64,000 nucleotides of DNA from Eledone cirrhosa. Taxonomy: Eukaryota. The notes beneath the pieces are model-generated. The model was not told the origin of the DNA, searched no databases, and saw nothing but the letters and a program-made list of their open reading frames with translations. Location: positions 2,604,001-2,668,000 of the forward strand of contig OZ024745.1 of NCBI GenBank assembly GCA_964016885.1. Reading direction: 5' to 3'. Below, piece by piece: positions 47,101-63,800 of the stretch; the stretch's first letter is position 1; each line of letters begins with the position of its first letter. Made by a program: the position numbers and the translations under genes.

Positions 47101-50100
47101 AAACCGAGACACCGAGACACCGAGACACCAAGACACCGAGACACCAAGACACCGAGACACAAAGACAACAAGACACCGAGTCAGCGAGACACCAAGACAC
47201 CAAGACACCGAGACACCGAGACACCAAGACACCGAGACACCGAGACAGCGAGACACCGTGACACCGCGACACCGAGACACAAAGACACCAAATCACCGAG
47301 ACACCGAGACACTAAACAACAAGACACCAAGACAACAAGTCAGAGAGACACCGAGACATCAAGACACCGAGACATCAAGACACCAAGACATCAAGACACC
47401 GAGACATCAAGACACCAAGACACCAAGACACCGAGACACCGAGACACCAAGACACCCAAACACCCAGACACCAAGTCACCAAGACACCGAGACACCGAGA
47501 CACCAAGACACAAAGACACAAATACACCAAGACACCAGGACACCGAGACAGCAGGACACCAAGCCACCGAGTCACCGAAACACCAAGACACCAAGACACC
47601 GAGACACCGAGACACCAAGACACAAAGACACTAAGACACCGGGACACCGAGACACCAAGACACCGAGACACCAAGACACCGAGACACCGAGACACCAAGA
47701 CACCAGGACACCAAGACACCAGGACACCGAGACAATAAGACACCAAGACACCAAGACACCGACACACCGAGACGTCAAGACACCAAGACACCGAGACACC
47801 GAGACACAAAGACACCAAGACACCAAGATACCAAGACACCAAGACACCCAGTCAACGAGACACCAAGACACAGAGACATCAAGACATCAAGACAACGAGA
47901 CACCAAGACATCAAGACACCGAGACAACAAGAAACCGAGACACCGAGACACCGAGACACCGAAACACCAAGACACCAAGACACCAAGACACCAAGACACC
48001 AAGACACCGAGACACCGAGACACCAAGACGTCAAGACACCAAGACACCGAGACACCGAGACACAAAGACACCAATACACCAAGACACCAAGACACGGAGA
48101 CACCGAGGCACCAAGATACCGAGTCATCGAGACACCAAGACACCAAGACACCTAGACACCGAGACATCAAGATACCGAGACACCACGACACCAAGAAACC
48201 GAGACACCAAGACACCAAGACAACAAGACAACAACACACAAAGACACCGAGACACCGAGACACCAAGACACCAAGACACATAGACACTGAGATACCAAGA
48301 CACCGAGACACCAATACATTGAGACACCGAGACACCAAGACACCAAGACACCAAGACACCGAGACACCGAGACATCAAGACACCGAGACATCAAGACACC
48401 GAGATACGGAGACACCAAGACACCAACACACCCAGACACCAAGACACCAAGACAACGAGACATCAAGACACCGAGGCACCAAGACACCAAGACACCAAGA
48501 CACCAAGACACCGAGACACCGAAACACTGAGACACCGTGACACCGAGACACCGAGACACCGAGACACCGAGACACCAATACACCAAGACACCGAGACACC
48601 AACACACCGAGACACCGAGACACCAAGACACCAAGACACCAAGACACCGATACACCGAGACACCAATACACCGAGACACCGAGGCACCGAGGCACCGAGA
48701 AACCAAGACACAAAAGACACCAAGACACCGAGACATCGAGATACCGAGACACAAAGACACCAAGACACCAAGACACCAAGACACGGAGACACCGAGGCAC
48801 CAAGAAACCGAGTCATCGATACACCAAGACACCAAGACACCTAGACACCGAGACACCAAGATGCCGAGAAACCACGACACCAAGAAACCGAGACACCAAG
48901 ACACCAAGACACCAAGACACCAAGACACCAACACACAATGACATCGAGACACCGAGACACCAAAACACCAAGACAGCGAGACACCAAGACACCGAGTCAC
49001 CGAGACACCAAGACACCAAGACACCGAGACACCGAGACATCGAGACACCAAGACACCAAGACACCGAGACACCGAGACACCAAGACACCAAGACACCAAG
49101 ACACCAAGACAGCGAGACACCGAGACATCAGGACACCTAGTCACCGAGACACCAAGACACCGAGACACCAAGACACCAAGACACCAAAACACCAAGACAC
49201 CAAGACACCGAGACACCAAGACACCGAAACACCAAGACACCAAGACACCGGGATACCGAAACACAAAGACACCAAGACACCGAGACATCAAAACACCGAG
49301 ACATCGAGACACCGAGACACCGAGACACCAAGACACCGAGACACCGAGACACCAAGACACCAAACACCGAAACACCAAGACACCGAGACACCAAGACACA
49401 AAGACACCGAGACACCAAGACACCAAGACGCCAATATCCCGAGACACCAAGACACCACAAGACACCAAGACACCAAGACACCAAGACACCGAGACACCGA
49501 GACATCAAGACACCGAGACACCAAGAAACCGAGACACCGAGACACCGAAACATAAAGACACCAAGACACCAAGACACCGAGACACCAAGACACCAAGACA
49601 TCGTGTCACCAAGACACCAAGACAGCAACACACCGTGACACCGAGACATCAAGACACAAAGACACCAAGACACCGGGACACCCAGATACCAAGACACCAA
49701 GACACTGAGTAACCGAGACACCGAGACACCAAGACACCAAGACATCAAGACACCAAGACAGCGAAACAACGAGACACCAAGACACCGAGACATCAAGACA
49801 CCAAGACACCAAGATACCGAGACACCAAGATACCAAGACACTAAGACAACGAGTCACCGAGTCACCAAGACACCAAGACACCAAGACACCGAGAAACCGA
49901 GACACCAAGACGTCAAGACACCAAGACACCGAGACACCGAGACACAAAGACACCAAGACACCAAGACACCAAGACACGGAGACACCGAGGCACCAAGATA
50001 CCGAGTCATCGAGACACCAAGACACCAAGACACCTAGACACCGAGACATCAAGGTACCGAGACACCACGACACCAAGAAACCGAGACACCAAGACACCAA

Positions 50101-53100
50101 GACACCAAGAGGCCAACACACAAAGACACCGAGACACCGAGACACCAAAACACCAAGACAGCGAGACACCAAGACACGGAGTCACCGAGACACCAAGACA
50201 CTAAGACACCAAGACACCGAGACACCGAGACACCTAGACACCAAGACACCGAGACACCGAGACACCAAGACACCAAGACACCAAGACAGCGAGACACCGA
50301 GACATCAAGACACCTAGTCACCGAGACACCAAGACACCGAGACACCAAGACACCAAGACACCAAAACACCAAGACACCAAGTCACCGAGACACCAAGACA
50401 CCGAAACACCAAGACACCAAGACACCGAGACATCAAGACACCGAGACATCGAGACACCGATACACCAAGACACCGAGACACCGAGACACCAAGACACCAA
50501 ACACCGAGCCACCAAGACACCGAGACACCAAGACACAAAGACACCGAGACACCAAGACACCAAACGCCAATATACCGAGACACCAAGACACCACAAGACA
50601 CCAAGACACCAAGACACCAAGACACCGAGACACCGAGACATCAAGACACCGAGACACCAAGAAACCGAGACACCGAGACACCGAGACACTGAAACATAAA
50701 GACACCAAGACACCAAGACACCAAGACAACAAGACACCGAGACACCGAGACACCAAGACACCAAGACATCGTGTCACCAAGACACCAAGACACCAAGACA
50801 CCGTGACACCGAGACATCAAAACACAAAGACACCAAGACACCGGGACACCCAGATACCAAGACACCAAGACACCGAGTCACCGAGTCACCAAGACACCAA
50901 GACACCAAGACACCGACACACCGAGACACCAAGACACCAAGATACCAAGACACCGAGACACCCAGTCAACGAGACACAAAGACACCAAGACATCAAGACA
51001 TCAAGACAACGAGACACCAAGACACCAAGACACCGAGACACCGAGACATCAAGACACCGAGACAACAAGAAACCGAGACACCGAGACACCGAGACACCTA
51101 AACACCAAGACACCAAGATACCAAGACACCAAGACACCAAGACACCGAGACACCGAGACACCAAGACGTCAAGACACCAAGACACCGAGACAGCAAGACA
51201 CCAAGACACCATGACACCGAGACACCAAGACACCAAGACACTAAGACACTGAGACACCGAGGCACCAAGAAACCGAGTCATCGATACACCAAGACACCAA
51301 GACACCTAGACACCGAGACACCAAGATACCGAGAAACCACGACACCAAGAAACCGAGACACCAAGACACCAAGACACCAAGACACCAAGACACCAACACA
51401 CAATGACACCGAGACACCGAGACACCAAAACACCAAGACAGCGAGACACCAAGACACCGAGTCACCGAGACACCAAGACACCAAGACACCGAGACACCGA
51501 GACATCGAGACACCAAGACACCAAGACACCGAGACACCGAGACACCAAGACACCAAGACACCAAGACAACAAGACAGCGAGACACCGAGACATCAGGACA
51601 CCTAGTCACCGAGACACCAAGACACCGAGACACCAAGACACCAAGACACCAAAACACCAAGACACCAAGACACCGAGACACCAAGACACCGAAACACCAA
51701 GACACCAAGACACCGGGATACCGAAACACAAAGACACCAAGACACCGAGACATCAAAACACCGAGACATCGAGACACCGAGACACCGAGACACCAAGACA
51801 CCGAGACACCGAGACACCAAGACACCAAACACCGAAACACCAAGACACCGAGACACCAAGACACAAAGACACCGAGACACCAAGACACCAAGACGCCAAT
51901 ATCCCGAGACACCAAGACACCACAAGACACCAAGACACCAAGACACCAAGACACCGAGACACCGAGACATCAAGACACCGAGACACCAAGAAACCGAGAC
52001 ACCGAGACACCGAAACATAAAGACACCAAGACACCAAGACACCAAGACAACAAGACACCGAGACACCGAGACACCAAGACACCAAGACATCGTGTCACCA
52101 AGACACCAAGACAGCAACACACCGTGACACCGAGACATCAAGACACAAAGACACCAAGACACCGGGACACCCAGATACCAAGACACCAAGACACTGAGTA
52201 ACCGAGACACCGAGACACCAAGACACCAAGACATCAAGACACCAAGACAGCGAAACAACGAAACACCAAGACACCGAGACATCAAGACACCAAGACACCA
52301 AGATACCGAGACACCAAGATACCAAGACACTAAGACAACGAGTCACCGAGTCACCAAGACACCAAGACACCAAGACACCAAGACACCGACACACCGAGAC
52401 GTCAAGACACCAAGACACCGAGACACCGAGACACAAAGACACCAAGACACCAAGATACCAAGACACCAAGACACCCAGTCAACGAGACACCAAGACACCA
52501 AGACATCAAGACATCAAGACAACGAGACACCAAGACACCAAGACACCGAGACACCGAGACATCAAGACACCGAGACAACAAGAAACCGAGACACCGAGAC
52601 ACCGAGACACCGAAACACCAAGACACCAAGACACCAAGACACCAAGACACCAAGACACCGAGACACCGAGACACCAAGACGTCAAGACACCAAGACACCG
52701 AGACACCGAGACACAAAGACACCAAGACACCAAGACACGGAGACACCGAGGCACCAAGATACCGAGTCATCGAGACACCAAGACACCAAGACACCTAGAC
52801 ACCGAGACATCAAGGTACCGAGACACCACGACACCAAGAAACCGAGACACCAAGACACCAAGACACCAAGAGACCAACACACAAAGACACCGAGACACCG
52901 AGACACCAAAACACCAAGACAGCGAGACACCAAGACACCGAGTCACCGAGACACCAAGACACTAAGACACCAAGACACCGAGACACCGAGACACCTAGAC
53001 ACCAAGACACCGAGACACCGAGACACCAAGACACCAAGACACCAAGACAGCGAGACACCGAGACATCAAGACACCTAGTCACCGAGACACCAAGACACCG

Positions 53101-54760
53101 AGACACCAAGACACCAAGACACCAAAACACCAAGACACCAAGTCACCGAGACACCAAGACACCGAAACACCAAGACACCAAGACACCGAGACACCGAAAC
53201 ACAAAGACACCAAGACACCGAGACATCAAGACACCGAGACATCGAGACACCGATACACCAAGACACCGAGACACCGAGACACCAAGACACCAAACACCGA
53301 GACACCAAGACACCGAGACACCAAGACACAAAGACACCGAGACACCAAGACACCAAGACGCCAATATACCGAGACACCAAGACACCACAAGACACCAAGA
53401 CACCAAGACACCAAGACACCGAGACACCGAGACATCAAGACACCGAGACACCAAGAAACCGAGACACCGAGACACCGAGACACTGAAACATAAAGACACC
53501 AAGACACCAAGACACCAAGACAACAAGACACCGAGACACCGAGACACCAAGACACCAAAACATCGTGTCACCAAGACACCAAGACACCAAGACACCGTGA
53601 CACCGAGACATCAAAACACAAAGACACCAAGACACCGGGACACCCAGATACCAAGACACCAAGACACCGAGTCACCGAGTCACCAAGACACCAAGACACC
53701 AAGACACCGACACACCGAGACACCAAGACACCAAGATACCAAGACACCGAGACACCCAGTCAACGAGACACAAAGACACCAAGACATCAAGACATCAAGA
53801 CAACGAGACACCAAGACACCAAGACACCGAGACACCGAGACATCAAGACACCGAGACAACAAGAAACCGAGACACCGAGACACCGAGACACCTAAACACC
53901 AAGACACCAAGACACCAAGACACCAAGACACCGAGACACCGAGACACCAAGACGTCAAGACACCAAGACACCGAGACAGCAAGACACCAAGACACCATGA
54001 CACCGAGACACCAAGACACGAAGACACTAAGACACCGAGACACCAAGACACCGAGACACCGAGACACCGAGACACCGAGACATCAAGAAACCGAGACACC
54101 GAGACACCGAGACACCAAGACACCGAGACACCAAGACACCGAGACACAAAGACAACAAGACACCGAGTCAGCGAGACACCAAGACACCAAGACACCGAGA
54201 CACCGAGACACCAAGACACCGAGACACCGAGACAGCGAGACACCGTGACACCGAGACACCGAGACACAAAGACACCAAATCACCGAGACACCGAGACACT
54301 AAACAACAAGACACCAAGACAACAAGTCAGAGAGACACCGAGACATCAAGACACCGAGACATCAAGACACCAAGACATCAAGACACCGAGACATCAAGAC
54401 ACCAAGACACCAAGACACCGAGACACCGAGACACCAAGACACCCAAACACCCAGACACCAAGTCACCAAGACACCGAGACACCGAGACACCAAGACACAA
54501 AGACACAAATACACCAAGACACCAGGACACCGAGACAGCAGGACACCAAGCCACCGAGTCACCGAAACACCAAGACACCAAGACACCGAGACACCGAGAC
54601 ACCAAGACACAAAGACACTAAGACACCGGGACACCGAGACACCAAGACACCGAGACACCAAGACACCGAGACACCGAGACACCAAGACACCAGGACACCA
54701 AGACACCAAGACACCGAGACAATAGGACACCAAGACACCAAGACACCAAGACACCGACAC
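46600..54760. repeat. HOR zone F: mosaic duplications with offsets 2465, 2761, 2794 and about 6990
   Basis: ORF pairs are 48813/51278, 50049/52810, 50803/53597, 46602/53597 and 47375/54362. Confidence 0.82.
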
Positions 54761-54899
54761 ACAGTGTCATTAAGACACCAAGACACCGAGACACCAAGAC
54801 ACCAAGACACAGAGACACTGAGACACCAAGACACCGAGACACCAATACATTGAGACACCGAGACACCAAGACACCAAGACACCAAGACACCCAGACACC

Positions 54900-57800
54900 A
54901 AGACACCAAGACAACGAGACATCAAGACACCGAGACACCGAGGCACCAAGACACCAAGACATCAAGACACCAAGACACCGAGACACCGAAACACTGAGAC
55001 ACCGTGACACCGAGACACCAAGACACCGAGACAGCAAGACAGCAAGACACCAAGATACCGAGACACCGAGACACCAAGACACCGAGACACCGAGACACCG
55101 AGACACCGAGACACCGGTACACCAAGACACCAAGACACTGAGACACCTAGACACCAAGACACCGAGACACCAAGACACCAAGACACCGAGACACTAATAC
55201 ACCAAGACACCAAGACACCAACACACCGAGACACCGAGACACCGAGACACCAAGACACCAAGACACCAAGACACCAAGACACCGAGACACCGAGACACCA
55301 ATACACCGAGACACCGAGGCACCGAGGCACCGAGAAACCAAGACACAAAAGACACCAAGACACCGAGACACCGAGACACCGAGACACAAAGACACCAAGA
55401 CAGCAAGATACGGAGACACTGAGGCACCAAGATACCGAGTCATCGAGACACCAAGACACCAAGACACCTAGACACCGAGACACCAAGATACCGAGACACC
55501 ACGACACCAAGAAACCGAGACACCAAGACACCAAGACACCAACACACCAAGACACCAACACACAAAGACACCGAGACACCGAGACACCAAAACACCAAGA
55601 CAGCGAGACACCAAGACACCGAATCACCGAGACACCAAGACACCAAGACACCGAGACACCGAGACACCAAGACACCAAGACACCGAGACACCGAGACACC
55701 AAGACACCAAGACACCAAGACACCGAGACACCGAGACACCAAGACACCAAGACACCAAGACACCAAGACAGCGAGACACCGAAACATCAAGACACCTAGT
55801 CACCGAGACACCAAGACACCGAAATACCAAGTCACCAAGACACCGAGACACCAAGAGACCGAAACACCAAGACACCAAGACACCGAGAAACCGAAACACA
55901 AAGACACCAAGACACCGAGACATCAAGACACCGAGACATCGAGACACCGAGACACCGAGACACCAAGACACCGAGACACCGAGACACCAAGACACCAAAC
56001 ACCGAGACACCAAGACACCGAGACACCAAGACACAAAGACACCGAGACACCAAGACACCAAGACGCCAATATACCGAGACACTAAGACACCACAAGACAC
56101 CAAGACACCAAGACACCAAGACACCGAGACACCGAGACATCAAGACACCGAGACACCAAGAAACCGAGACACCGAGACACCGAGACACCGAAACATAAAG
56201 ACACCAAGACACCAAGACACCAAGACAACAAGACACCGAGACACCAAGACACCAAGACATCGTGTCACCAAGACACCAAGACACCAAGACACCGTGACAC
56301 CGAGACACCCAGATACCAAGACTCCAAGACACCGAGTCAGCGAGACAGCGAGACACCAAACACCAAGACATCAAGACACCAAGACAGCGAAACACCGAGA
56401 CACCAAGACACCGAGACATCAAGACACCAAGACACCAAGACACCGAGTCACCGAGTCACCAAGACACCAAGACACCAAGACACCGACACACCTAGACACC
56501 GAGACACCAAGATACCAAGACACCAAGACACCCAGTCAACGAGACACCAAGACACCAAGACATCAAGACATCAAGACAACGAGACACCAAGACACCAAGA
56601 CACCGAGGCACCAAGACACCAAGACAACGAGACATCAAGACACCGAGACACCGAGGCACCAAGACACCAAGACACCAAGACACCAAGACACCGAGACACC
56701 GAAACACTGAGACACCGTGACACCGAGACACCAAGACACCGAGACAGCAAGACAGCAAGACACCAAGATACCGAGACACCGAGACACCAAGACACCGAGA
56801 CACCGAGACACCGAGACACCGAGACACCGGGACACCAAGACACCAAGACACTGAGACACCTAGACACCAAGACACCGAGACACCAAGACACCAAGACACC
56901 GAGACACCAATACACCAAGACACCAAGACACCAACACACCAAGACACCGAGACACCGAGACACCAAGACACCAAGACACCAAGACACCGAGACACCGAGA
57001 CACCAATACACCGAGACACCGAGGCACCGAGGCACCGAGAAACCAAGACACAAAAGACACCAAGACACCGAGACACCGAGACACCGAGACACAAAGACAC
57101 CAAGACACCAAGACACCAAGACACGGAGACACCGAGGCACCAAGATACCGAGTCATCGAGACACCAAGACACCAAGACACCTAGACACCGAGACACCAAG
57201 ATACCGAGACACCACGACACCAAGAAACCGAGACACCAAGACACCAAGACACCAAGACACCAAGACACCAACACACAAAGACACCGAGACACCGAGACAC
57301 CAAAACACCAAGACAGCGAGACACCAAGACACCGAGTCACCGAGACACCAAGACACCAAGACACCGAGACACCGAGACACCAAGACACCAAGACACCAAG
57401 ACACCGAGACACCGAGACACCAAGACACCAAGACACCAAGACACCAAGACAGCGAGACACCGAGACATCAAGACACCTAGTCACCGAGACACCAAGACAC
57501 CGAGACACCAAGACACCAAGACACCAAGACACCAAAACACCAAGACACCAAGACACCGAGACACCAAGAGACCGAAACACCAAGATACCAAGACACCGAG
57601 AAACCGAAACACAAAGACACCAAGACACCGAGACATCAAGACACCGAGACATCGAGACACCGAGACACCGAGACACCAAGACACCGAGACACCGAGACAC
57701 CAAGACACCAAACACCGAGAAACCAAGACACCGAGACACCAAGACACAAAGACACCGAGACACCAAGACACCAAGACGCCAATATACCGAGACACTAAGA

Positions 57801-60800
57801 CACCACAAGACACCAAGACACCAAGACACCAAGACACCGAGACACCGAGACATCAAGACACCGAGACACCAAGAAACCGAGACACCGAGACACCGAGACA
57901 CCGAAACATAAAGACACCAAGACACCAAGACACCAAGACAACAAGACACCGAGACACCAAGACACCAAGACATCGTGTCACCAAGACACCAAGACACCAA
58001 GACACCGTGGCACCGAGACATCAAGACACAAAGACACCAAGACACCGGGACACCCAGATACCAAGACTCCAAGACACCGAGTCACCGAGACACCGAGACA
58101 CCAAGACACCAAGACATCAAGACACCAAGACAGCGAAACACCTAGACACCAAGACACCGAGACATCAAGGCACCAAGACACCAAGATACCGAAACACCAA
58201 GATACCAAGACACCAAGACACCGAGTCACCGAGTCACCAAGACACCAAGACACCAAGACACCAAGACACAGACACACCGAGACACCGAGACACCAAGATA
58301 CCAAGACACCAAGACACCCAGTCAACGAGATACCAAGACACCAAGACATCAAGACATCAAGACAACGAGACACCAAGACACCAAGACACCGAGACACCGA
58401 GACATCAAGACACCGAGACAACAAGAAACCGCGACACCGAGACACCGAGACACCGAAACACCAAGACACCAAGACACCAAGACACCAAGACACCAAGACA
58501 CCGAGACACCGAGACACCAAGACGTCAAGACACCAAGACACCGAGACAGCAAGACACCAAGACACCATGACACCGAGACACCAAGACACCACGACACTAA
58601 GACACCAAACACCAAGACACCGAGACACCGAGACACCGAGACACCAAGACACCGAGACACCGAGACACCAAGACACCAAGACACCAATACACCGAGACAC
58701 CAAGACACCACAAGACACCAAGACACCGAGACACCGAGACACCGAGACATCAAGAAACCGAGACACCGAGACACCGAGACACCAAGACACCGAGACACCA
58801 AGACACCGAGACACAAAGACAACAAGACACCGAGTCAGCGAGACACCAAGACACCAAGACACCGAGACACCGAGACACCAAGACACCGAGACACCGAGAC
58901 AGCGAGACACCGTGACACCGAGACACCGAGACACGAAGACACCAAGACACAAAGACACCGAGTCAGCGAGACACCAAGACACCAAATCACCGAGACACCG
59001 AGACACTAAACAACAAGACACCAAGACACCAAGTCAGCGAGACACCGAGACATCAAGACACCGAGACATCAAGACACCAAGACATCAAGACACCGAGACA
59101 TCAAGACACCGAAAGACCGAGACACCAAGACACCGAGTCACCGAGACACCAAGACACCAAGACACTGAGACACCGTGACACCAAGACACCAAGACACCAA
59201 GACACCAAGACAGCGAGACACCGAGACATCAAGACACCTAGTCACCGAGACACCAAGACACCGAGACACCAAGACACCAAGACACCAAAACACCAAGACA
59301 CCAAGACACCGAGACACCAAGACACCGAAACACCAAGACACCAAGACACCGAGACACCGAGACACCGAGACACCAAGACACCAAGACACCGAGACACCGA
59401 GACACCAGGACACCAAGTCACTAAGACACCGAGACACCAAGACACCAAGACACCGTGACATCAACGTCACCAAGATACCGAGACACCAAGACACCGAGGC
59501 ACCAAGACACCGAGACACCGTGACACCAAGACACCAAGACACCGAGATACCCAGACACCAAGACACCGAGACACCGAGACACCAAGACACCGAGACATCG
59601 AGACACCGAGACACCAAGAAACCAAGACACCAAGACACCGAGACACCAAGTCACCAAGAAACCAAGACACCAAGACTCCAAGACACCGAGACACCAAGAC
59701 ACCAAGACACCGAGACATCAAGGTCACCAATATACCGAGACACCAAGACACCGAGACACCAAGACACCGAGACACCGTGACACCAAGACACCAAGACATC
59801 GAGACACCAAGAGACCGAGACACCGAGACACCGAGACACCGAGACACCGAGACATCAAGGTCACCAAGATACCGAGACACCAAGACACCGAGACACCAAG
59901 ACACCGAGACACCAAGACACCGAGTCACCGAGACACCAAGACACCAAGACACCAAGACACCGAGACACCAAGATACCGAGACACCAAGACCCCAAGACAC
60001 CGAGACACCGAGACACCGAGACACCGAGACACCGAGACACCGATACACCAAGACACCGAGACACCAAGACACCGAGACACCGAGACACCAAGACACCAAG
60101 ACACCAAGACACCGAGAGACCGAGACACCAATACACCGAGACACCGAGGCACCGAGGCACCGAGAAACCAAGACACAAAAGACACCAAGACACCGAGACA
60201 CCGAGACACCGAGACACAAAGACACCAAGACAACAAGACACCAAGACACGGAGACACCGAGGCACCAAGATACCGAGTCATCGAGACACCAAGACACCAA
60301 GACACCTAGACACCGAGACACCAAGATACCGAGACACCACGACACCAAGAAACCGAGACACCAAGACACCAAGACACCAAGACACCGAGACACCGAGACA
60401 CCAAGACACCAAGACACCAAGACACCAAGACAGCGAGACACCGAGACATCAAGACACCTAGTCACCGAGACACCAAGACACCGAGACACCAAGACACCAA
60501 GACACCAAGGCACCAAAACACCAAGACACCAAGACACCGAGACACCAAGAGACCGAAACACCAAGACACCAAGACACCGAGAAACCGAAACACAAAGACA
60601 CCAAGACACCGAGACATCAAGACACCGAGACATCGAGACACCGAGACACCGAGACACCAAGACACCGAGACACCGAGACACCAAGACACCAAACACCGAG
60701 AAACCAAGACACCGAGACACCAAGACACAAAGACACCGAGACACCAAGACACCAAGACGCCAATATACCGAGACACTAAGACACCACAAGACACCAAGAC

Positions 60801-63800
60801 ACCAAGACACCAAGACACCGAGACACCGAGACATCAAGACACCGAGACACCAAGAAACCGAGACACCGAGACACCGAGACACCGAAACATAAAGACACCA
60901 AGACACCAAGACACCAAGACAACAAGACACCGAGACACCAAGACACCAAGACATCGTGTCACCAAGACACCAAGACACCAAGACACCGTGGCACCGAGAC
61001 ATCAAGACACAAAGACACCAAGACACCGGGACACCCAGATACCAAGACTCCAAGACACCGAGTCACCGAGACACCGAGACACCAAGACACCAAGACATCA
61101 AGACACCAAGACAGCGAAACACCTAGACACCAAGACACCGAGACATCAAGGCACCATGACACCAAGATACCGAAACACCAAGATACCAAGACACCAAGAC
61201 ACCGAGTCACCGAGTCACCAAGACACCAAGACACCAAGACACCAAGACACCGACACACCGAGACACCGAGACACCAAGATACCAAGACACCAAGACACCC
61301 AGTCAACGAGACACCAAGACACCAAGACATCAAGACATCAAGACAACGAGACACCAAGACACCAAGACACCGATACACCGAGACATCAAGACACCGAGAC
61401 AACAAGAAACCGCGACACCGAGACACCGAGACACCGAAACACCAAGACACCAAGACACCAAGACACCAAGACACCAAGACACCGAGACACCGAGACACCA
61501 AGACGTCAAGACACCAAGACACCATGACACCGAGACACCAAGACACCACGACACTAAGACACCGAGACACCAAGACACCGAGACACCGAGACACCGAGAC
61601 ACCAAGACACCGAGACACCGAGACACCAAGACACCAAGACACCAATACGCCGAGACACCAAGACACCACAAGACACCAAGACACCGAGACACCGAGACAC
61701 CGAGAATCAAGAAACCGAGACACCAAGACACCGAGACACCAAGACACCGAGACACCAAGACACCGAGACACAAAGACAACAAGACACCGAGTCAGCGAGA
61801 CACCAAGACACCAAGACACCGAGACACCGAGACACCAAGACACCGAGACACCGAGACAGCGAGACACCGTGACACCGAGACACCGAGACACGAAGACACC
61901 AAGACACAAAGACACCGAGACACCGAGACACCAAGACACCGAGTCAGCGAGACACCAAGACACCAAATCACCGAGACACCGAGACACTAAACAACAAGAC
62001 ACCAAGACACCAAGTCAGCGAGACACCGAGACATCAAGACACCGAGACATCAAGACACCAAGACATCAAGACACCGAGACATCAAGACACCGAAAGACCG
62101 AGACACCAAGACACCGAGTCCCCGAGACACCAAGACACCAAGACACTGAGACACCGTGACACCAAGACACCAAGACACCAAGACACCAAGACAGCGAGAC
62201 ACCGAGACATCAAGACACCTAGTCACCGAGACACCAAGACACCGAGACACCAAGACACCAAGACACCAAAACACCAAGACACCAAGACACCGAGACACCA
62301 AGACACCGAAACACCAAGACACCAAGACACCGAGACACCGAGACACCGAGACACCAAGACACCAAGACACCGAGACACCGAGACACCAGGACACCAAGTC
62401 ACTAAGACAACGAGACACCAAGACACCAAGACACCGTGACATCAACGTCACCAAGATACCGAGACACCAAGACACCGAGGCACCAAGACACCGAGACACC
62501 GTGACACCAAGACACCAAGACACCGAGATACCCAGACACCAAGACACCGAGACACCGAGACACCAAGACACCGAGACATCGAGACACCGAGACACCAAGA
62601 AACCAAGACACCAAGACACCGAGACACCAAGTCACCAAGACACCAAGACACCAAGACTCCAAGACACCGAGACACCAAGACACCAAGACACCAAGACACC
62701 GAGACACCAAGAGACCGAGACACCGAGACACCGAGACACCGAGACACCGAGACATCAAGGTCACCAAGATACCGAGACACCAAGACACTGAGACACCAAG
62801 ACACCGAGACACCGTGACACCAAGACACCAAGACACCGAGACACCAAGAGACCGAGACACCGAGACACCGAGACACCGAGACACCGAGACATCAAGATCA
62901 CCAAGATACCGAGGCACCAAGACACCGAGACACCAAGACACCGAGACACCAAGACACCGAATCACCGAGACACCAAGACACCAAGACACCAAGACACCAA
63001 GACACCAAGATACCGAGACACCAAGACCCCAAGACACCGAGACACCGAGACACCGAGACACCGAGACACCGATACACCAAGACACCGAGACACCAAGACA
63101 CCGAGACACCAAGACACCGAGACACCGAGACACCGAGACACCAAGACACCAAGACACCGAGACATCAAGGTTACCAAGATACCGAGACACCAAGACACCG
63201 AGACACCAAAACACCGAGACACCGAGACACCAAGACACCGAGACACCAAGACACCGAGTCACCGAGACACTAAGACACCAAGACACCGTGACACCAAGAT
63301 ACCGAGACACCAAGACCCCAAGAGACCGAGACACCAAGACACCGAGACACCGAGACACCAAGACACCAAGACACCGAGACACCGAGACACCAAGACACCA
63401 AGACATCAAGACACCGAGACACCTAGACACCGAGACACGGAGACACCGAGACACCGAGACACCGAGACACCAAACATCAAGACACCGAGACACCAAGACA
63501 CCGAGTCACCAAGACACCGAGACTCCGAGACACCGAGACACCAAGACACCAAGACACCAAGACACCGAGACACCAAGATACCGAGACACCAAGACCCCAA
63601 GACACCAAGACACCAAGACACCGATACACCAAGACACCGAGACACCAAGACACCGAGACACCGAGACACCAAGACACCAAGACACCAAGACACCGAGAGA
63701 CCGAGACACCAATACACCGAGACACCAAGGCACCGAGGCACCGAGAAACCAAGACACAAAAGACACCAAGACACCGAGACACCGAGACACCGAGACACAA

